Below are positions 14,579 through 24,408 of a stretch of 64,000 nt of DNA, one piece after another. The stretch is from an uncultured Planctomycetales bacterium (GTDB taxonomy: Bacteria > Omnitrophota > Gorgyraeia > Gygaellales > Profunditerraquicolaceae). The notes beneath the pieces are model-generated. The model was not told the DNA's origin. It saw only the letters and a program-made list of their open reading frames with translations, and did not search any database. The stretch spans positions 133,327-197,326 of the forward strand of contig CAZRVK010000001.1 in NCBI GenBank assembly GCA_964603585.1. Direction: 5' to 3'. The translations under genes were made by a program, and so were the position numbers. The stretch's first letter is position 1. Each line of letters starts with the position of its first letter.

Positions 14579-14842
14579 TTATTTAAAGATAATGCTTAAG
14601 ACTTTTGAAAGCCCTAAATCGACTATTCCTATATATACCGCCATGATCGAGGTAACCACGATAACTACTACCGTCGCCCCCATCAGTTCCTGGCGGGTTG
14701 ACCAGGAAACCTTGCTCAACTCCTGCTTTACTTCCAACAAAAATGCCTTTATTTTTGCATGATTTTTTATGACCAATACGGCCAGGATAACGCCGATGAA
14801 TGCCAGGAATATCTTACCTAAATTATGCAAAATAAAATCCAT
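14579..14842 (-). CDS. secE: Preprotein translocase subunit SecE
   Basis: 87 aa with a single C-terminal TM helix. Conserved position upstream of nusG. Confidence 0.8.
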   Translation of the reverse strand: MDFILHNLGKIFLAFIGVILAVLVIKNHAKIKAFLLEVKQELSKVSWSTRQELMGATVVVIVVTSIMAVYIGIVDLGLSKVLSIIFK

Positions 14843-14875
14843 ATTTCTACTTTAGCCTAATGTTCAAGTAAACAG

Positions 14876-14946
14876 CAGGAGCGGCAGGAGTCGAACCTGC
14901 AGTTACGGTTTTGGAGACCGTTGGTTTGCCATTAACCGACGCTCCT
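14876..14946 (-). tRNA. trnW: tRNA-Trp (anticodon CCA)
   Basis: Reverse complement folds as a cloverleaf: acceptor AGGAGCG/CGCTCCT, anticodon loop CTCCAAA, T-loop TTCGACT, discriminator G. CCA not encoded. Confidence 0.8.
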
Positions 14947-14999
14947 ATAACTCATAGGTACCTTTAGAAACGACAACACGATTTTAAAAGATCACCAAA

Positions 15000-15149
15000 C
15001 TACTTGATTTCTTTATGCGGCGTGTGTTTATGGCAAAACCTGCAGAACTTACTGATCTCCAGTCGGTCCTGGTGCTTCTTTTTGTTCTTTGTCCCCGTAT
15101 AATTACGATTCTTGCATACGGTGCATTCTAATGTAATGATCTCGCGCAT
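15000..15149 (-). CDS. rpmG: 50S ribosomal protein L33 (49 aa). Not in the supplied ORF track because it is shorter than 60 aa.
   Basis: Reverse-strand translation gives [49 protein letters not shown], with L33 CxxC...CxxC zinc-ribbon cysteines. Lies between tRNA-Thr and tRNA-Trp. Confidence 0.8.
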   Translation of the reverse strand: MREIITLECTVCKNRNYTGTKNKKKHQDRLEISKFCRFCHKHTPHKEIK

Positions 15150-15180
15150 TTTATTCCAATCGTCTGACCCGTCAATTTAA

Positions 15181-15253
15181 AGCTGGAGACGGGAATCGAG
15201 CCCGTGACCCCGTCCTTACCAAGGACGTGCTCTACCAACTGAGCTACTCCAGC
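15181..15253 (-). tRNA. trnT: tRNA-Thr (anticodon GGT)
   Basis: Reverse complement GCTGGAGTAGCTCAGTTGGTAGAGCAC...TTGGTAA...CTCCAGC. Anticodon loop TTGGTAA. Confidence 0.8.
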
Positions 15254-15467
15254 ATAAGCACGTTTAACACGGGTTTAAAAGATAAAAAATCCACCATAAA
15301 GAATTTTACGCTAAATTCTTTTTACAGTTTTCTGTCTACCCTATATAGTATGTGGGATTTATATAGACAGGCAAATATACATTATAAAAAACTATTTGTC
15401 AACTATTTTCTTTGATTTTTTTTTGCGCTTCTTTCTTCGGTATAGAATAACCTTAAAGCACGAAAAC

Positions 15468-15515
15468 CAAAAAAGCGGATTTATCGACGAACAAAAACAA
15501 ATCCGGCTTATGATA
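15468..15515 (-). terminator. Putative Rho-independent terminator after ksgA
   Basis: On the minus strand: CCGGATTT, a loop, AAATCCG, then CTTTTTTGG, immediately downstream of the ksgA stop. Confidence 0.4.
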
Positions 15516-15533
15516 ATTTTAATCGCACCAAAG

Positions 15534-16316
15534 TCAAGACACCTCAATTAAATCTGCAAAATTCTGAAGAGAAAAACATTCCGGCCGGATATTCCGGTCG
15601 ATTTTAAAGGTAGAGAAAAAATTATCCAAAGCCTCTTTAGTAATTACCCCCTCCAGGCTGTTACGCAAGGTTTTGCGCCTTTGGCCAAAAGCAAGCCGCA
15701 CGACCTTGAAAAAACGCTCTTCATCTTTTACCGTAACCGCGGGTTTATCCCGGATAAGGATCTCTAGAAAACAGGAATCAACCTTTGGCCTTGGCAAAAA
15801 ACTGTTACGGCTGACTATAAAACGCACTTTAGGCATAAGATAATACTGGGCAAAACAGCTAAGTGAACCATAGCGTTTTGAGCCGGCTGACGCCGTTAAT
15901 CTATCGGCAAATTCTTTCTGGACCATAAGGTAAGCCGAGGAAATATACTGGCGGTTTTCGATTATATACTCCATTATCGGGGTAGTTATACAATACGGGA
16001 TATTTCCGATTATCTTTATTTTTGATCTGGGATTACCAAGGCAGCGAGTGATATCGAACCGCAATATATCGGACACGATTACTTCTACATTCCTTGTGCT
16101 GGAGAACTTATCTAAAAGTATGGGATACAACTGCCGGTCGATCTCCAGGGCATAAACCTTATACGCTTTTTGCGCAAGGATCCCGGTGATCGCCCCGCGG
16201 CCCGCACCAATCTCCAGGACAGTATCGGACGAATTTATACTTGAAGCCGAGATTATTTTATTTTGGATATTCTTATCGATCAAAAAATTCTGGCCTAAAC
16301 TTTTCTTTGCGCGCAT
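15534..16316 (-). CDS. rsmA: 16S rRNA (adenine1518/1519-N6)-dimethyltransferase RsmA/KsgA
   Basis: 260 aa, SLGQNFL...LEIGAGRGAITG. Confidence 0.9.
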   Translation of the reverse strand: MRAKKSLGQNFLIDKNIQNKIISASSINSSDTVLEIGAGRGAITGILAQKAYKVYALEIDRQLYPILLDKFSSTRNVEVIVSDILRFDITRCLGNPRSKIKIIGNIPYCITTPIMEYIIENRQYISSAYLMVQKEFADRLTASAGSKRYGSLSCFAQYYLMPKVRFIVSRNSFLPRPKVDSCFLEILIRDKPAVTVKDEERFFKVVRLAFGQRRKTLRNSLEGVITKEALDNFFSTFKIDRNIRPECFSLQNFADLIEVS

Positions 16317-16396
16317 AATTAAGAGTTTAGTAGCGTTTACGATATCAGGTCACAACAACTAAGATTGCGGGTTTCAAGTATCAAAGTGTCAATGTG

Positions 16397-17362
16397 TCAG
16401 GTTTTTTGTTTCTTTTGGTGCAGAACGCAGTTGATCGCGGTTTTAACCGCCTCTTTCATTGAGGAATGATCTGCGATACCCCTTCCGGCGATATCAAATG
16501 CCGTGCCATGAAGAACGGATGTGCGCACAAAAGGAAGGCCTAAGGACATGTTCACTCCGGAGAAACCTCCGGTAACCTTTAACGGAATAAGTGCTTGATC
16601 ATGATACATGGCGATCAAACAGTCATATTGGCCGTGGAGGGCCTTAAGTACCGCCACCTCCGCCGGCATCGGGCCATAAATTTGTTTATGCTCCTTTCTG
16701 AATACTGCAATCGCCGGAACGATCAAGTCATGTTCTTCATTGCCGATCAAACCATTATCCGAAGCATGCGGATTAAGACCGCATACCGCTATCCGCGGGT
16801 AGTTTATCCCAAAGAACAACTTTAAACCGGTTAAAGCAGTGGATACAACAAGGCGGATCTGCTTTTTATCTAAAACAGACACAACATCCTTTAAAGGAAG
16901 ATGCTGAGTCACCAGGCAAAATTTCAAATGCTCATTTAAAAGCAGCATCACAACGTTTTTTGCGCCGGTACATCTGGCAAGATACCCGGTGTGCCCCGAG
17001 AATTCCATCCCGGATAAACTTACCGCTTCCTTGGAGACCGGAGCCGTCACCAGGCAATCGAGGCTCCCGGCTTTCAATAACTCAAGCGCCTTATCCAAAT
17101 AATCGATCGAGGCCCGGCCATATTCCGGATCGGCCTTACCGAAAGAAAAACCATTATGCCTGACATTGGCCAGATCAACAAAACTGAAATTCCCGGGCTT
17201 CTTTTTTAACCTAAATTTATCGAACACCCAGCGGTCTCCGATCACTACGATTTCCGCCGCAAATTTATGCCGCCAAAGCGAAGATGCCGTTATCTCCGGG
17301 CCGATACCCGAAGGGTCTCCCATCGTAATACCTACCCTGATTTTAGGCTTATGAACCGGCAT
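16397..17362 (-). CDS. pdxA: 4-hydroxythreonine-4-phosphate dehydrogenase PdxA
   Basis: 321 aa in the PdxA family. Order surA-pdxA-ksgA as in E. coli. Confidence 0.9.
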   Translation of the reverse strand: MPVHKPKIRVGITMGDPSGIGPEITASSLWRHKFAAEIVVIGDRWVFDKFRLKKKPGNFSFVDLANVRHNGFSFGKADPEYGRASIDYLDKALELLKAGSLDCLVTAPVSKEAVSLSGMEFSGHTGYLARCTGAKNVVMLLLNEHLKFCLVTQHLPLKDVVSVLDKKQIRLVVSTALTGLKLFFGINYPRIAVCGLNPHASDNGLIGNEEHDLIVPAIAVFRKEHKQIYGPMPAEVAVLKALHGQYDCLIAMYHDQALIPLKVTGGFSGVNMSLGLPFVRTSVLHGTAFDIAGRGIADHSSMKEAVKTAINCVLHQKKQKT

Positions 17363-17400
17363 GGATTTTTAAGGGAATTAGAGATAAAATGGCCGCAGAT

Positions 17401-18315
17401 CTAATCTTTGATCAGCTTAATATAACTATGAAGTTTTATTTCCGCCAGCCATTTATCCATTTCTTCTTCCATCTTCTTGTTGAACAGAAAAGTATACACT
17501 TGCTCACGGACCTCATCCAAAGACTGCTGGCGCGCAGGAATAATTTTAGTGGCTATAAAGATATACTCCTGTCCATCTATCCTGACCGGAGCAGATATTC
17601 CTCCAGGATCAAGCTTAGTCAATGCATCCTCGATCTCCTGCCGGAATTGGCCAGACCGTCCGAATACAAGCATATTCACTGATACGGGATATTTGCGGGA
17701 AAGCTCATCAACCGGCTGGCCCTTTTTAAGCGAATCATGGATTTCCCTGGTAAGTGCGGGATCTGCGATACTAATGGAATAAAACTCCTTTTGAACGCCA
17801 AGATTGAAACTCTGCAGATTCTCCTGATAAAACTGGGTGACCTCCGCAGGATTGACCACGATCTTACTGCGGATCTTAAATTCGATCATATTGTACATTA
17901 AAAACTGTTCCCGGATCTTATTCTCGACATCGGCCTGCACCAGTCCCTGCTGTTTAAAAGCTTCCTGCATGGCATTATCCGTTGCATACTGGCTGCGGAT
18001 CTGATTTATCCTGGCGCGAACCCTTGCCTCATCAACCAGGATCTTATATTTCTTAGCTTCCTGAAGGATCAGACGGTCTTCGATCAGGCGGTTCAAAAGG
18101 TCCGCTTTCATAGATTCGATCTTACTTTCCAACTGGCTGGGAGGATATTGCGCACTCATCTCCATACGCATAAAATTAAGAAAATCATCCAGGTCCTTCT
18201 GGGTGATCACATCGTTATTGACTACCGCAACTAACTTATCCTGCGCAAAGCCTTGCGCAGAAAAGTTTAAGAACAGTAAAAGCCCTAATATAACGCTTCT
18301 TAAGAAATTTCTCAT
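17401..18315 (-). CDS. surA: SurA-like periplasmic chaperone / peptidyl-prolyl isomerase with a signal peptide
   Basis: 304 aa with an N-terminal signal peptide and a SurA N-terminal-like domain. Context upstream of pdxA. Confidence 0.7.
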   Translation of the reverse strand: MRNFLRSVILGLLLFLNFSAQGFAQDKLVAVVNNDVITQKDLDDFLNFMRMEMSAQYPPSQLESKIESMKADLLNRLIEDRLILQEAKKYKILVDEARVRARINQIRSQYATDNAMQEAFKQQGLVQADVENKIREQFLMYNMIEFKIRSKIVVNPAEVTQFYQENLQSFNLGVQKEFYSISIADPALTREIHDSLKKGQPVDELSRKYPVSVNMLVFGRSGQFRQEIEDALTKLDPGGISAPVRIDGQEYIFIATKIIPARQQSLDEVREQVYTFLFNKKMEEEMDKWLAEIKLHSYIKLIKD

Positions 18316-20243
18316 TTTATCACCGTATTTTTTAATCCGCTGATTGCTTCCTTTAACAGCCGGCAGTATAGGTCAAAACCTATTGCCGCAATAAACCCAT
18401 GCTGCTGGGCCCCTAAAAGATTGCCAGCCCCGCGGATCTCTAAATCCTCCATAGCAATTTTAAACCCGGATCCTAAGGCCGAATACCTCTGGATCGTATC
18501 TAAGCGCCTTGCGGAAGTGTTATCCAGCACCCCATGCCTGGGCACCATGAAATATGCATACGCGGGTAAATCAAGCCTGCCCACCCTGCCTCTTAACTGG
18601 TGTAAATCACTCAATCCAAACCTGTGGGCATTATTGACTATTATCGTATTGGCATTGGGGATATCGATCCCCGACTGAATGATCATCGTGCACACAAGAA
18701 CATCTATCTTGCCGCGCAGGAAGTCGAACATGACCTCTTCCAGCAGTTTCGCCGGCATCTGTCCATGCCCAACGGCAATCCTTACCGATTCCGGTAAAAT
18801 ACGTTTCAGTGCGGCTTCGACTTTATCAATATCCAAAACCCGGTTATGCAAAAAGAAAACCTGCCCACCCCGGGCAACCTCATGCATTACCGCCTGCCGG
18901 ATAAGGTCTTCATCATATTTTACCACAATACTTTTTATAGGCAACCTATTTTGAGGCGGGGTATTGATAAGCGACAGGTCCTTTGCCCCCATCAGACTCA
19001 TATATAGCGTGCGCGGGATCGGGGTTGCCGTAAGGGTCAAAACATGTGATGTCAGCCTTAACGATTTAAGCCTCTCTTTGGCTCTGACCCCGAATCTCTG
19101 CTCTTCATCGATAATTACCAGCCCCAGGTCCTTAAAAGCGATATCCATAGATAAAAGGCGGTGGGTCCCGATCACGATATCGACTGTGCCGTCAGCCAGC
19201 CCGGAAACTATTTTCTTTTGTTCCTGTTTACTGCGGAAACGGGAAAGCATTTGTATGGATACCGGGAAATCATTCAGGCGGAACCGTAAATTCTGATAAT
19301 GCTGTTCGGCCAAAATTGTCGTTGGAACAAGAAACGCCACCTGTTTGTTATTCTCTACCGCCTTAAAAGCTGCGCGAAGCGCAACTTCCGTCTTACCATA
19401 TCCTACATCACCACAAAGCAGCCTATCCATAGGCTTGGGGGCTTGCATATCCGCTTTTACATCTTCCATTGCTTTTACCTGATCGGGGGTTTCCTCAAAA
19501 GGAAAACTATCCTCAAATTGCCGCTGCCAATCCGTGTCCCCGGCACAGGCAAAGCCTTTAACACTCATACGTATCGCCTGAAGGGAAATAAGATCCCAAG
19601 CCAGCTTCTCTATTGCCTTTTTAGCCTTTTCCTTTATCCTAAGCCATTCCTTGCTTCCCAGGCGGCAAAGCTTGGGACGCTTTGCCTGAAAGGCAATATA
19701 TTTCTGCACCAGGTTCATCTCCTCCAGGGGAACATATAACTTCTCCTGGCGGTCATATTCGATGACCAGGTGGTCTATGGGTTTATCCCTCACTTTTATC
19801 TTCTCAAAACCAAGGAACCTGCCGATGCCATACTGATTATGCACAACATAATCGCCAAAATTCAAATCAATAAAATTATCTAAAGGAAAATCCTCATGAA
19901 AAACAGGGTTTTTGGCAGACAATGTCTTTTTAAAAGGCAGGATAATCACGATACGGTGTTCCCAGCTGCAGGCGCCGGTTTCAGGATTAAAGGTCTTGAT
20001 CGAAACGATCTTATCAGTTTCCTCTATAGTCTCCGGACTTGACAGTGCGGTATTCTGATAGGTATCGATACGGACAGGAAGTTCAAAAGAAAAGGGGAAT
20101 ATATCCAGGATCCCTCCTCTTTGGGCAAAATCCCCTTCATCGGCAATGTATTCCTGGCGCTGATAGCCGAAATCCAGCAGGACCTCTTTAACCGAGGCTA
20201 AGTTAATGCTGGCGTCTTTATAAAGTTTTAAGGATTTGAACAT
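18312..20243 (-). CDS. mfd: Transcription-repair coupling factor Mfd, short form (643 aa). Lacks most of the N-terminal UvrB-homology region and the C-terminal D7 domain.
   Basis: Has the RNAP-interacting domain, superfamily-2 helicase motifs (GDVGYGKTEVA, DEEQRFG) and the TRG motif (GNLLGAQQHG). There are stop codons upstream, and only 139 bp separate it from secDF. Confidence 0.8.
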   Translation of the reverse strand: MFKSLKLYKDASINLASVKEVLLDFGYQRQEYIADEGDFAQRGGILDIFPFSFELPVRIDTYQNTALSSPETIEETDKIVSIKTFNPETGACSWEHRIVIILPFKKTLSAKNPVFHEDFPLDNFIDLNFGDYVVHNQYGIGRFLGFEKIKVRDKPIDHLVIEYDRQEKLYVPLEEMNLVQKYIAFQAKRPKLCRLGSKEWLRIKEKAKKAIEKLAWDLISLQAIRMSVKGFACAGDTDWQRQFEDSFPFEETPDQVKAMEDVKADMQAPKPMDRLLCGDVGYGKTEVALRAAFKAVENNKQVAFLVPTTILAEQHYQNLRFRLNDFPVSIQMLSRFRSKQEQKKIVSGLADGTVDIVIGTHRLLSMDIAFKDLGLVIIDEEQRFGVRAKERLKSLRLTSHVLTLTATPIPRTLYMSLMGAKDLSLINTPPQNRLPIKSIVVKYDEDLIRQAVMHEVARGGQVFFLHNRVLDIDKVEAALKRILPESVRIAVGHGQMPAKLLEEVMFDFLRGKIDVLVCTMIIQSGIDIPNANTIIVNNAHRFGLSDLHQLRGRVGRLDLPAYAYFMVPRHGVLDNTSARRLDTIQRYSALGSGFKIAMEDLEIRGAGNLLGAQQHGFIAAIGFDLYCRLLKEAISGLKNTVIK

Positions 20244-20382
20244 GGCAAAACAAAGGTATTATAAATAAAAAAAGTCACCCCGCCATAAACTCGCCAACTC
20301 ACCAGTAATGTTGTTTACCTGTGACATTGTGATTTTGTGACGCGGTGACCTTCTAATGTTACGGCGTGATCAATATTTCGAT

Positions 20383-22599
20383 CTATTTTGCACTGCCTTT
20401 TTGTGCCTGCTTCTTACTCCAGATCAATACTAAAGGAGAGGCGATATAAACCGTGGAATACACACCGGAAATAAACCCAACCAGCAAAGTAAAAGCAAAA
20501 TTACTTAAAACTTCTCCGCCGTATAGAAAGATCGCAATGACCACAAGAAGAGTGATCCCGGAAGTAAGAATGGTCCGGCCTAAAGTCTGATTTACGCTCA
20601 AATTGATCAACTCATAAAGAGTAGTCTTACGCGACAGGCGCATATTCTCCCTGACCCGGTCATAAATTACGATCGTATCGTTAATAGAATACCCGGCGAT
20701 AGTTAAAAACGCAGTAATGCTTAACAGGTCTATCGGACGGCCGGTGATCGCCAAGAACCCTAATGCCACCAAAACATCATGCAATAAAGCAATAACGCCG
20801 GCAACCGCAAAGTTAAAATGCTTGAACCTGAAACCCACATAAACCAGGATACCCAATAATGACCACAAGAGGGCCCAAACCGCCTTCCCCCGCAAAGCCT
20901 TGCCGGCAATCGGCCCGACCTTTTCAATACGCATGATCTGGATATTCTGATCAGGGAAATTCTCATTTAATTTAGCCGTGATCTCATCGCTTTTATCGCT
21001 TGAAGTCTTGATTAAAACCACCTTGGGATTATCCTTAAACTGCTGAAGAGATGCATCGGCAAACCCGGAATCCTTTAGCAGTGTGCGGATCTTCTCGACT
21101 GGCGCAGTATCCTTGAAACTATACTCCTGTAATTGCCCCCCGGCAAAATCGATCCCAAAGGCATTATTTCCTTTTTTAAAGAAAGCGACCATCCCCCAGG
21201 CGATAACCACCACGGAAAGGAGATAACAAAACCAGCGTTTAGAAATAAAATCTATTTTAGTGGGCCGGATCCATTTTTGCATCGGCAATGCTTTTAACCA
21301 GCCAAGGTCAAAAATAAGCTCAAAAATTATCCGGGTTACAACAATAGAGGTAAACATGCTTGCCGAAAGACCGATGATCAGGGTTACGGCAAAACCACGG
21401 ATCGGGCCGGTCCCGAACCAGAACAGGAATAAAGAAGCAATGAGCGTAGTAACATTGGAATCGAATATGGCGCTAAATGCCCGGCTGTAACCATTAGTGA
21501 TCGCACTGCGCAATGACTTTCCTAAAGCTAATTCTTCCCGGATACGTTCATTGACCAGGACATTGGCATCTACCGCCATGCCTAATGACAAGATTATACC
21601 GGCGATCCCGGGAAGGGTCAATGTAGCAACAGAAGCTCCAAAGATATGCGGCAGCATCCCCAAACCGCCCAGGATGAGTAATAAGTTCAATAAAAGCGCA
21701 ATATCTGCGACAATACCGGCCAGCAGGTAATAAAATACCATAAAAAGAAAAACCAGGGCGATCCCGATAAGGCTTGCGCGCACACCACTATTAATGGAAT
21801 CCTGGCCCAAAAGCGGGCCGATTGTCCTTTCTTCTTCGACATATACCGATGCGGGTAAAGCCCCGTATTTAAGCACCTTTGCCAGATCCTGCGACTGCTC
21901 GATAGTAAAGCGCCCGGTAATTACCGCCTCACCGGAAGGTATCGCCTCTTTGATATTCGGAGCAGATTGGACTTTACCGTCTAAAACGATCGCCAGCCTC
22001 CGGCCGACATTAGCCGCTGTTATTTCGGCAAACTTCTTTGCTCCCTCCGAATTGAACTTTAACGATACAACCGGTTCCCCAAATTGGCTCTGGCTAAAAT
22101 TAACGCTGGCATCACTAAGCTTATCACCGGTCAAAACTTCCTTAGCCTCCAGCAATAAAGGCTCATTATCCTCTTTTGCATACTTAAGCTCAAACCCTTC
22201 GGGGACATTCCCGGAAAGTGCAGCCTTGATCTTTTCATGGTCTGATGAAACCAGTTTAAAATCCAGGCGTCCGGTCTGCCCGATCTTACTTATTGCACGC
22301 TGACGGTCAGTAAACCCGGGCAGTTGGACCACGATTTGATCTACGCCGTGCTTTTGTATAGATGGTTCGCTGACGCCAAATTCATCGATACGGTTACGGA
22401 TCTTTTCGATAACCAGGTCAGTAACATCCCCCCGATCCTTATCAGAAAGGCCAGCCGTATCCACCTTAAGCAATAAATGCATCCCCCCCTGCAGATCCAA
22501 TCCTAAATTTATGCGTTTATGTAAAGGAAAGGCAAAATAAGCAAAAACTCCCAATAAAACAATGACTAATACCGCTCTGGTGTAATTTCTTTTTTCCAT
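20383..22599 (-). CDS. secDF: Protein translocase subunit SecDF (fused SecD-SecF)
   Basis: 738 aa with an N-terminal SecD periplasmic domain plus 12 TM segments. A fusion like this occurs in Bacillus. Confidence 0.9.
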   Translation of the reverse strand: MEKRNYTRAVLVIVLLGVFAYFAFPLHKRINLGLDLQGGMHLLLKVDTAGLSDKDRGDVTDLVIEKIRNRIDEFGVSEPSIQKHGVDQIVVQLPGFTDRQRAISKIGQTGRLDFKLVSSDHEKIKAALSGNVPEGFELKYAKEDNEPLLLEAKEVLTGDKLSDASVNFSQSQFGEPVVSLKFNSEGAKKFAEITAANVGRRLAIVLDGKVQSAPNIKEAIPSGEAVITGRFTIEQSQDLAKVLKYGALPASVYVEEERTIGPLLGQDSINSGVRASLIGIALVFLFMVFYYLLAGIVADIALLLNLLLILGGLGMLPHIFGASVATLTLPGIAGIILSLGMAVDANVLVNERIREELALGKSLRSAITNGYSRAFSAIFDSNVTTLIASLFLFWFGTGPIRGFAVTLIIGLSASMFTSIVVTRIIFELIFDLGWLKALPMQKWIRPTKIDFISKRWFCYLLSVVVIAWGMVAFFKKGNNAFGIDFAGGQLQEYSFKDTAPVEKIRTLLKDSGFADASLQQFKDNPKVVLIKTSSDKSDEITAKLNENFPDQNIQIMRIEKVGPIAGKALRGKAVWALLWSLLGILVYVGFRFKHFNFAVAGVIALLHDVLVALGFLAITGRPIDLLSITAFLTIAGYSINDTIVIYDRVRENMRLSRKTTLYELINLSVNQTLGRTILTSGITLLVVIAIFLYGGEVLSNFAFTLLVGFISGVYSTVYIASPLVLIWSKKQAQKGSAK

Positions 22600-22610
22600 G
22601 ATTGATATCC

Positions 22611-22922
22611 TTACTTATCCGCTCCGGGATTAACCGCCGCAGCCGGCTTTGGCTTTAAATAGATTATACAGCTTTTCTCAACCTCAAGCTTCACATTATC
22701 ATCTACCCGTAAAACCACGGTCTTTTCCTTGACATTTACCACCGTACCATGGATCCCTCCAGAGGTAACTACTTCATCATTTTTCGCCAGGTTAGCAATC
22801 ATTTTCTTAAGCTCATTCTCCTTTTGTTTTTGCGGACGAATAAGCATAAAATAAAAGATCACAAAGATCGCAACCAACGGGAATAAATTAAGTATCGGAT
22901 TAACAGCTTGAGCCTGTGGCAT
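22611..22922 (-). CDS. yajC: Preprotein translocase subunit YajC
   Basis: 103 aa with one TM helix. The yajC-secDF arrangement is conserved. Confidence 0.85.
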   Translation of the reverse strand: MPQAQAVNPILNLFPLVAIFVIFYFMLIRPQKQKENELKKMIANLAKNDEVVTSGGIHGTVVNVKEKTVVLRVDDNVKLEVEKSCIIYLKPKPAAAVNPGADK

Positions 22923-23003
22923 TTTTAGAACCTCCTGAAATTTGCAAAAATTGTTAAGAAAAAAAACAAATAGTGCCGGTGGATTATGGAGTAAACCTGC
23001 AGA

Positions 23004-23258
23004 CTAACTGCTGGAAACCGTTTTTTTTGCCTTTTTAGCCAGGTTTTTTACGGTCATGGACATCTGCGCGCCGTTCTTAACCCAATACTCCAGACGCTCC
23101 ATATCGATCCGGCTTACTCCTGATGTCGGGGTATAAAAACCCAATTCCTCGATAAAACGGCTGTCCCGGCCTTTGCGCTCATCGAAAACCGTTACGCGAA
23201 AATGCGGGCGGCCTTTTGGGTTCTTACCTAATCTTCTTAAACGTATATGCACTGCCAT
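23004..23258 (-). CDS. rpsP: 30S ribosomal protein S16
   Basis: 84 aa, MAVHIRLRRLGKNPKGRPHFRV. Confidence 0.9.
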   Translation of the reverse strand: MAVHIRLRRLGKNPKGRPHFRVTVFDERKGRDSRFIEELGFYTPTSGVSRIDMERLEYWVKNGAQMSMTVKNLAKKAKKTVSSS

Positions 23259-23354
23259 TTTGTCGGTTCCTCCCTTTTAGTTAATCAAAATTTAGATAGA
23301 CAAAACTTAATAATACCATATTTTTAATTAAATTCAAGCTGATAATATCTTTTT

Positions 23355-23768
23355 TCACTCCTGGGTGGTTGCCGCAATATTAAGTTTTGTGACCCCCAGG
23401 TCAGTCAAAACATCCAGAACGTTGACAATATCCTGAAAACGAACGAATTTATCCGAGCGCACGATCACGTTCATGTCAGGATTACTGACTTGTGCGGCTC
23501 TAACCTGCTGTCTCAACTCTTTTTTCGTGACCAGGTTGCCGTTAAAATACACCATCCCTTCGCGCGAGATCGAGATATTTGCTTCAACGACCCGAGACCC
23601 CTTAAAAGGTTCCCCGCTTTTAGCCTGGGGGAGATTGACGCTGATATTGGTTTGAGAGATCAAAGGAGTGGTAATCATAAAAATAAGCAAAAGCACCATT
23701 ACCACATCAGTCAAAGGGGTAATATTGATCTCGGCAACCAGCTTTTGTTTCCTTTGTCTTCTTTTCAT
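23355..23768 (-). CDS. exbD: Biopolymer transport protein ExbD/TolR
   Basis: 137 aa with one TM helix and an ExbD fold. Confidence 0.85.
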   Translation of the reverse strand: MKRRQRKQKLVAEINITPLTDVVMVLLLIFMITTPLISQTNISVNLPQAKSGEPFKGSRVVEANISISREGMVYFNGNLVTKKELRQQVRAAQVSNPDMNVIVRSDKFVRFQDIVNVLDVLTDLGVTKLNIAATTQE

Positions 23769-24385
23769 TTTTTCTTGGCAATACTCAATAGATCCAGGGT
23801 TTCTGATGCCGACAACTCCATATCCGTGATAAACCCATCCACTTTCTTAATAAAACAATTATAGGCAATAACCGCCGGGATCGCTACACAAAGCCCGGCA
23901 GCCGTAGTAACCAGGGCCTGGGATATCCCGTTTATAACTACACTTATCCCTCCTGACCCTGCCCGGGAAATATCCTGAAAAGCGCGGATGATCCCTAAAA
24001 CCGTGCCTAAAAGGCCGATATAAATCGCCGTTGAGCCGATCGTGCCGATAATACTGGTAAAACGCTCCAGCCGGGTGGTTTCTATACTGATCTCCCTTTC
24101 CATAGTATTAGAAACCACAACCTCATTATGCCCGAACAAATTCAAACCGGAATAAACCACTTTGGCAAACGGGGTATCTGTCGCCTTACAGAGCTCTTTT
24201 GCCTTGGTGATATTACTCTTGGCTAATTCATTAGTAACAGAAGACATGAAGGCTTCTCTTTTCACCCTGGACCTTTTACGGTAATAAATATACCTCTCCA
24301 TAATAATCCCCAGGGACAAAATAGAATAACCCAGCAAGAAATACATTGTAACTCCACCCGACATTAAAAGCTTCCATAGTGTCAT
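23765..24385 (-). CDS. exbB: MotA/TolQ/ExbB proton channel protein
   Basis: 206 aa with three TM helices in the ExbB family. No adjacent tonB. Confidence 0.85.
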   Translation of the reverse strand: MTLWKLLMSGGVTMYFLLGYSILSLGIIMERYIYYRKRSRVKREAFMSSVTNELAKSNITKAKELCKATDTPFAKVVYSGLNLFGHNEVVVSNTMEREISIETTRLERFTSIIGTIGSTAIYIGLLGTVLGIIRAFQDISRAGSGGISVVINGISQALVTTAAGLCVAIPAVIAYNCFIKKVDGFITDMELSASETLDLLSIAKKK

Positions 24386-24408
24386 TTAACTTACCTCCCG
24401 AATATTGA

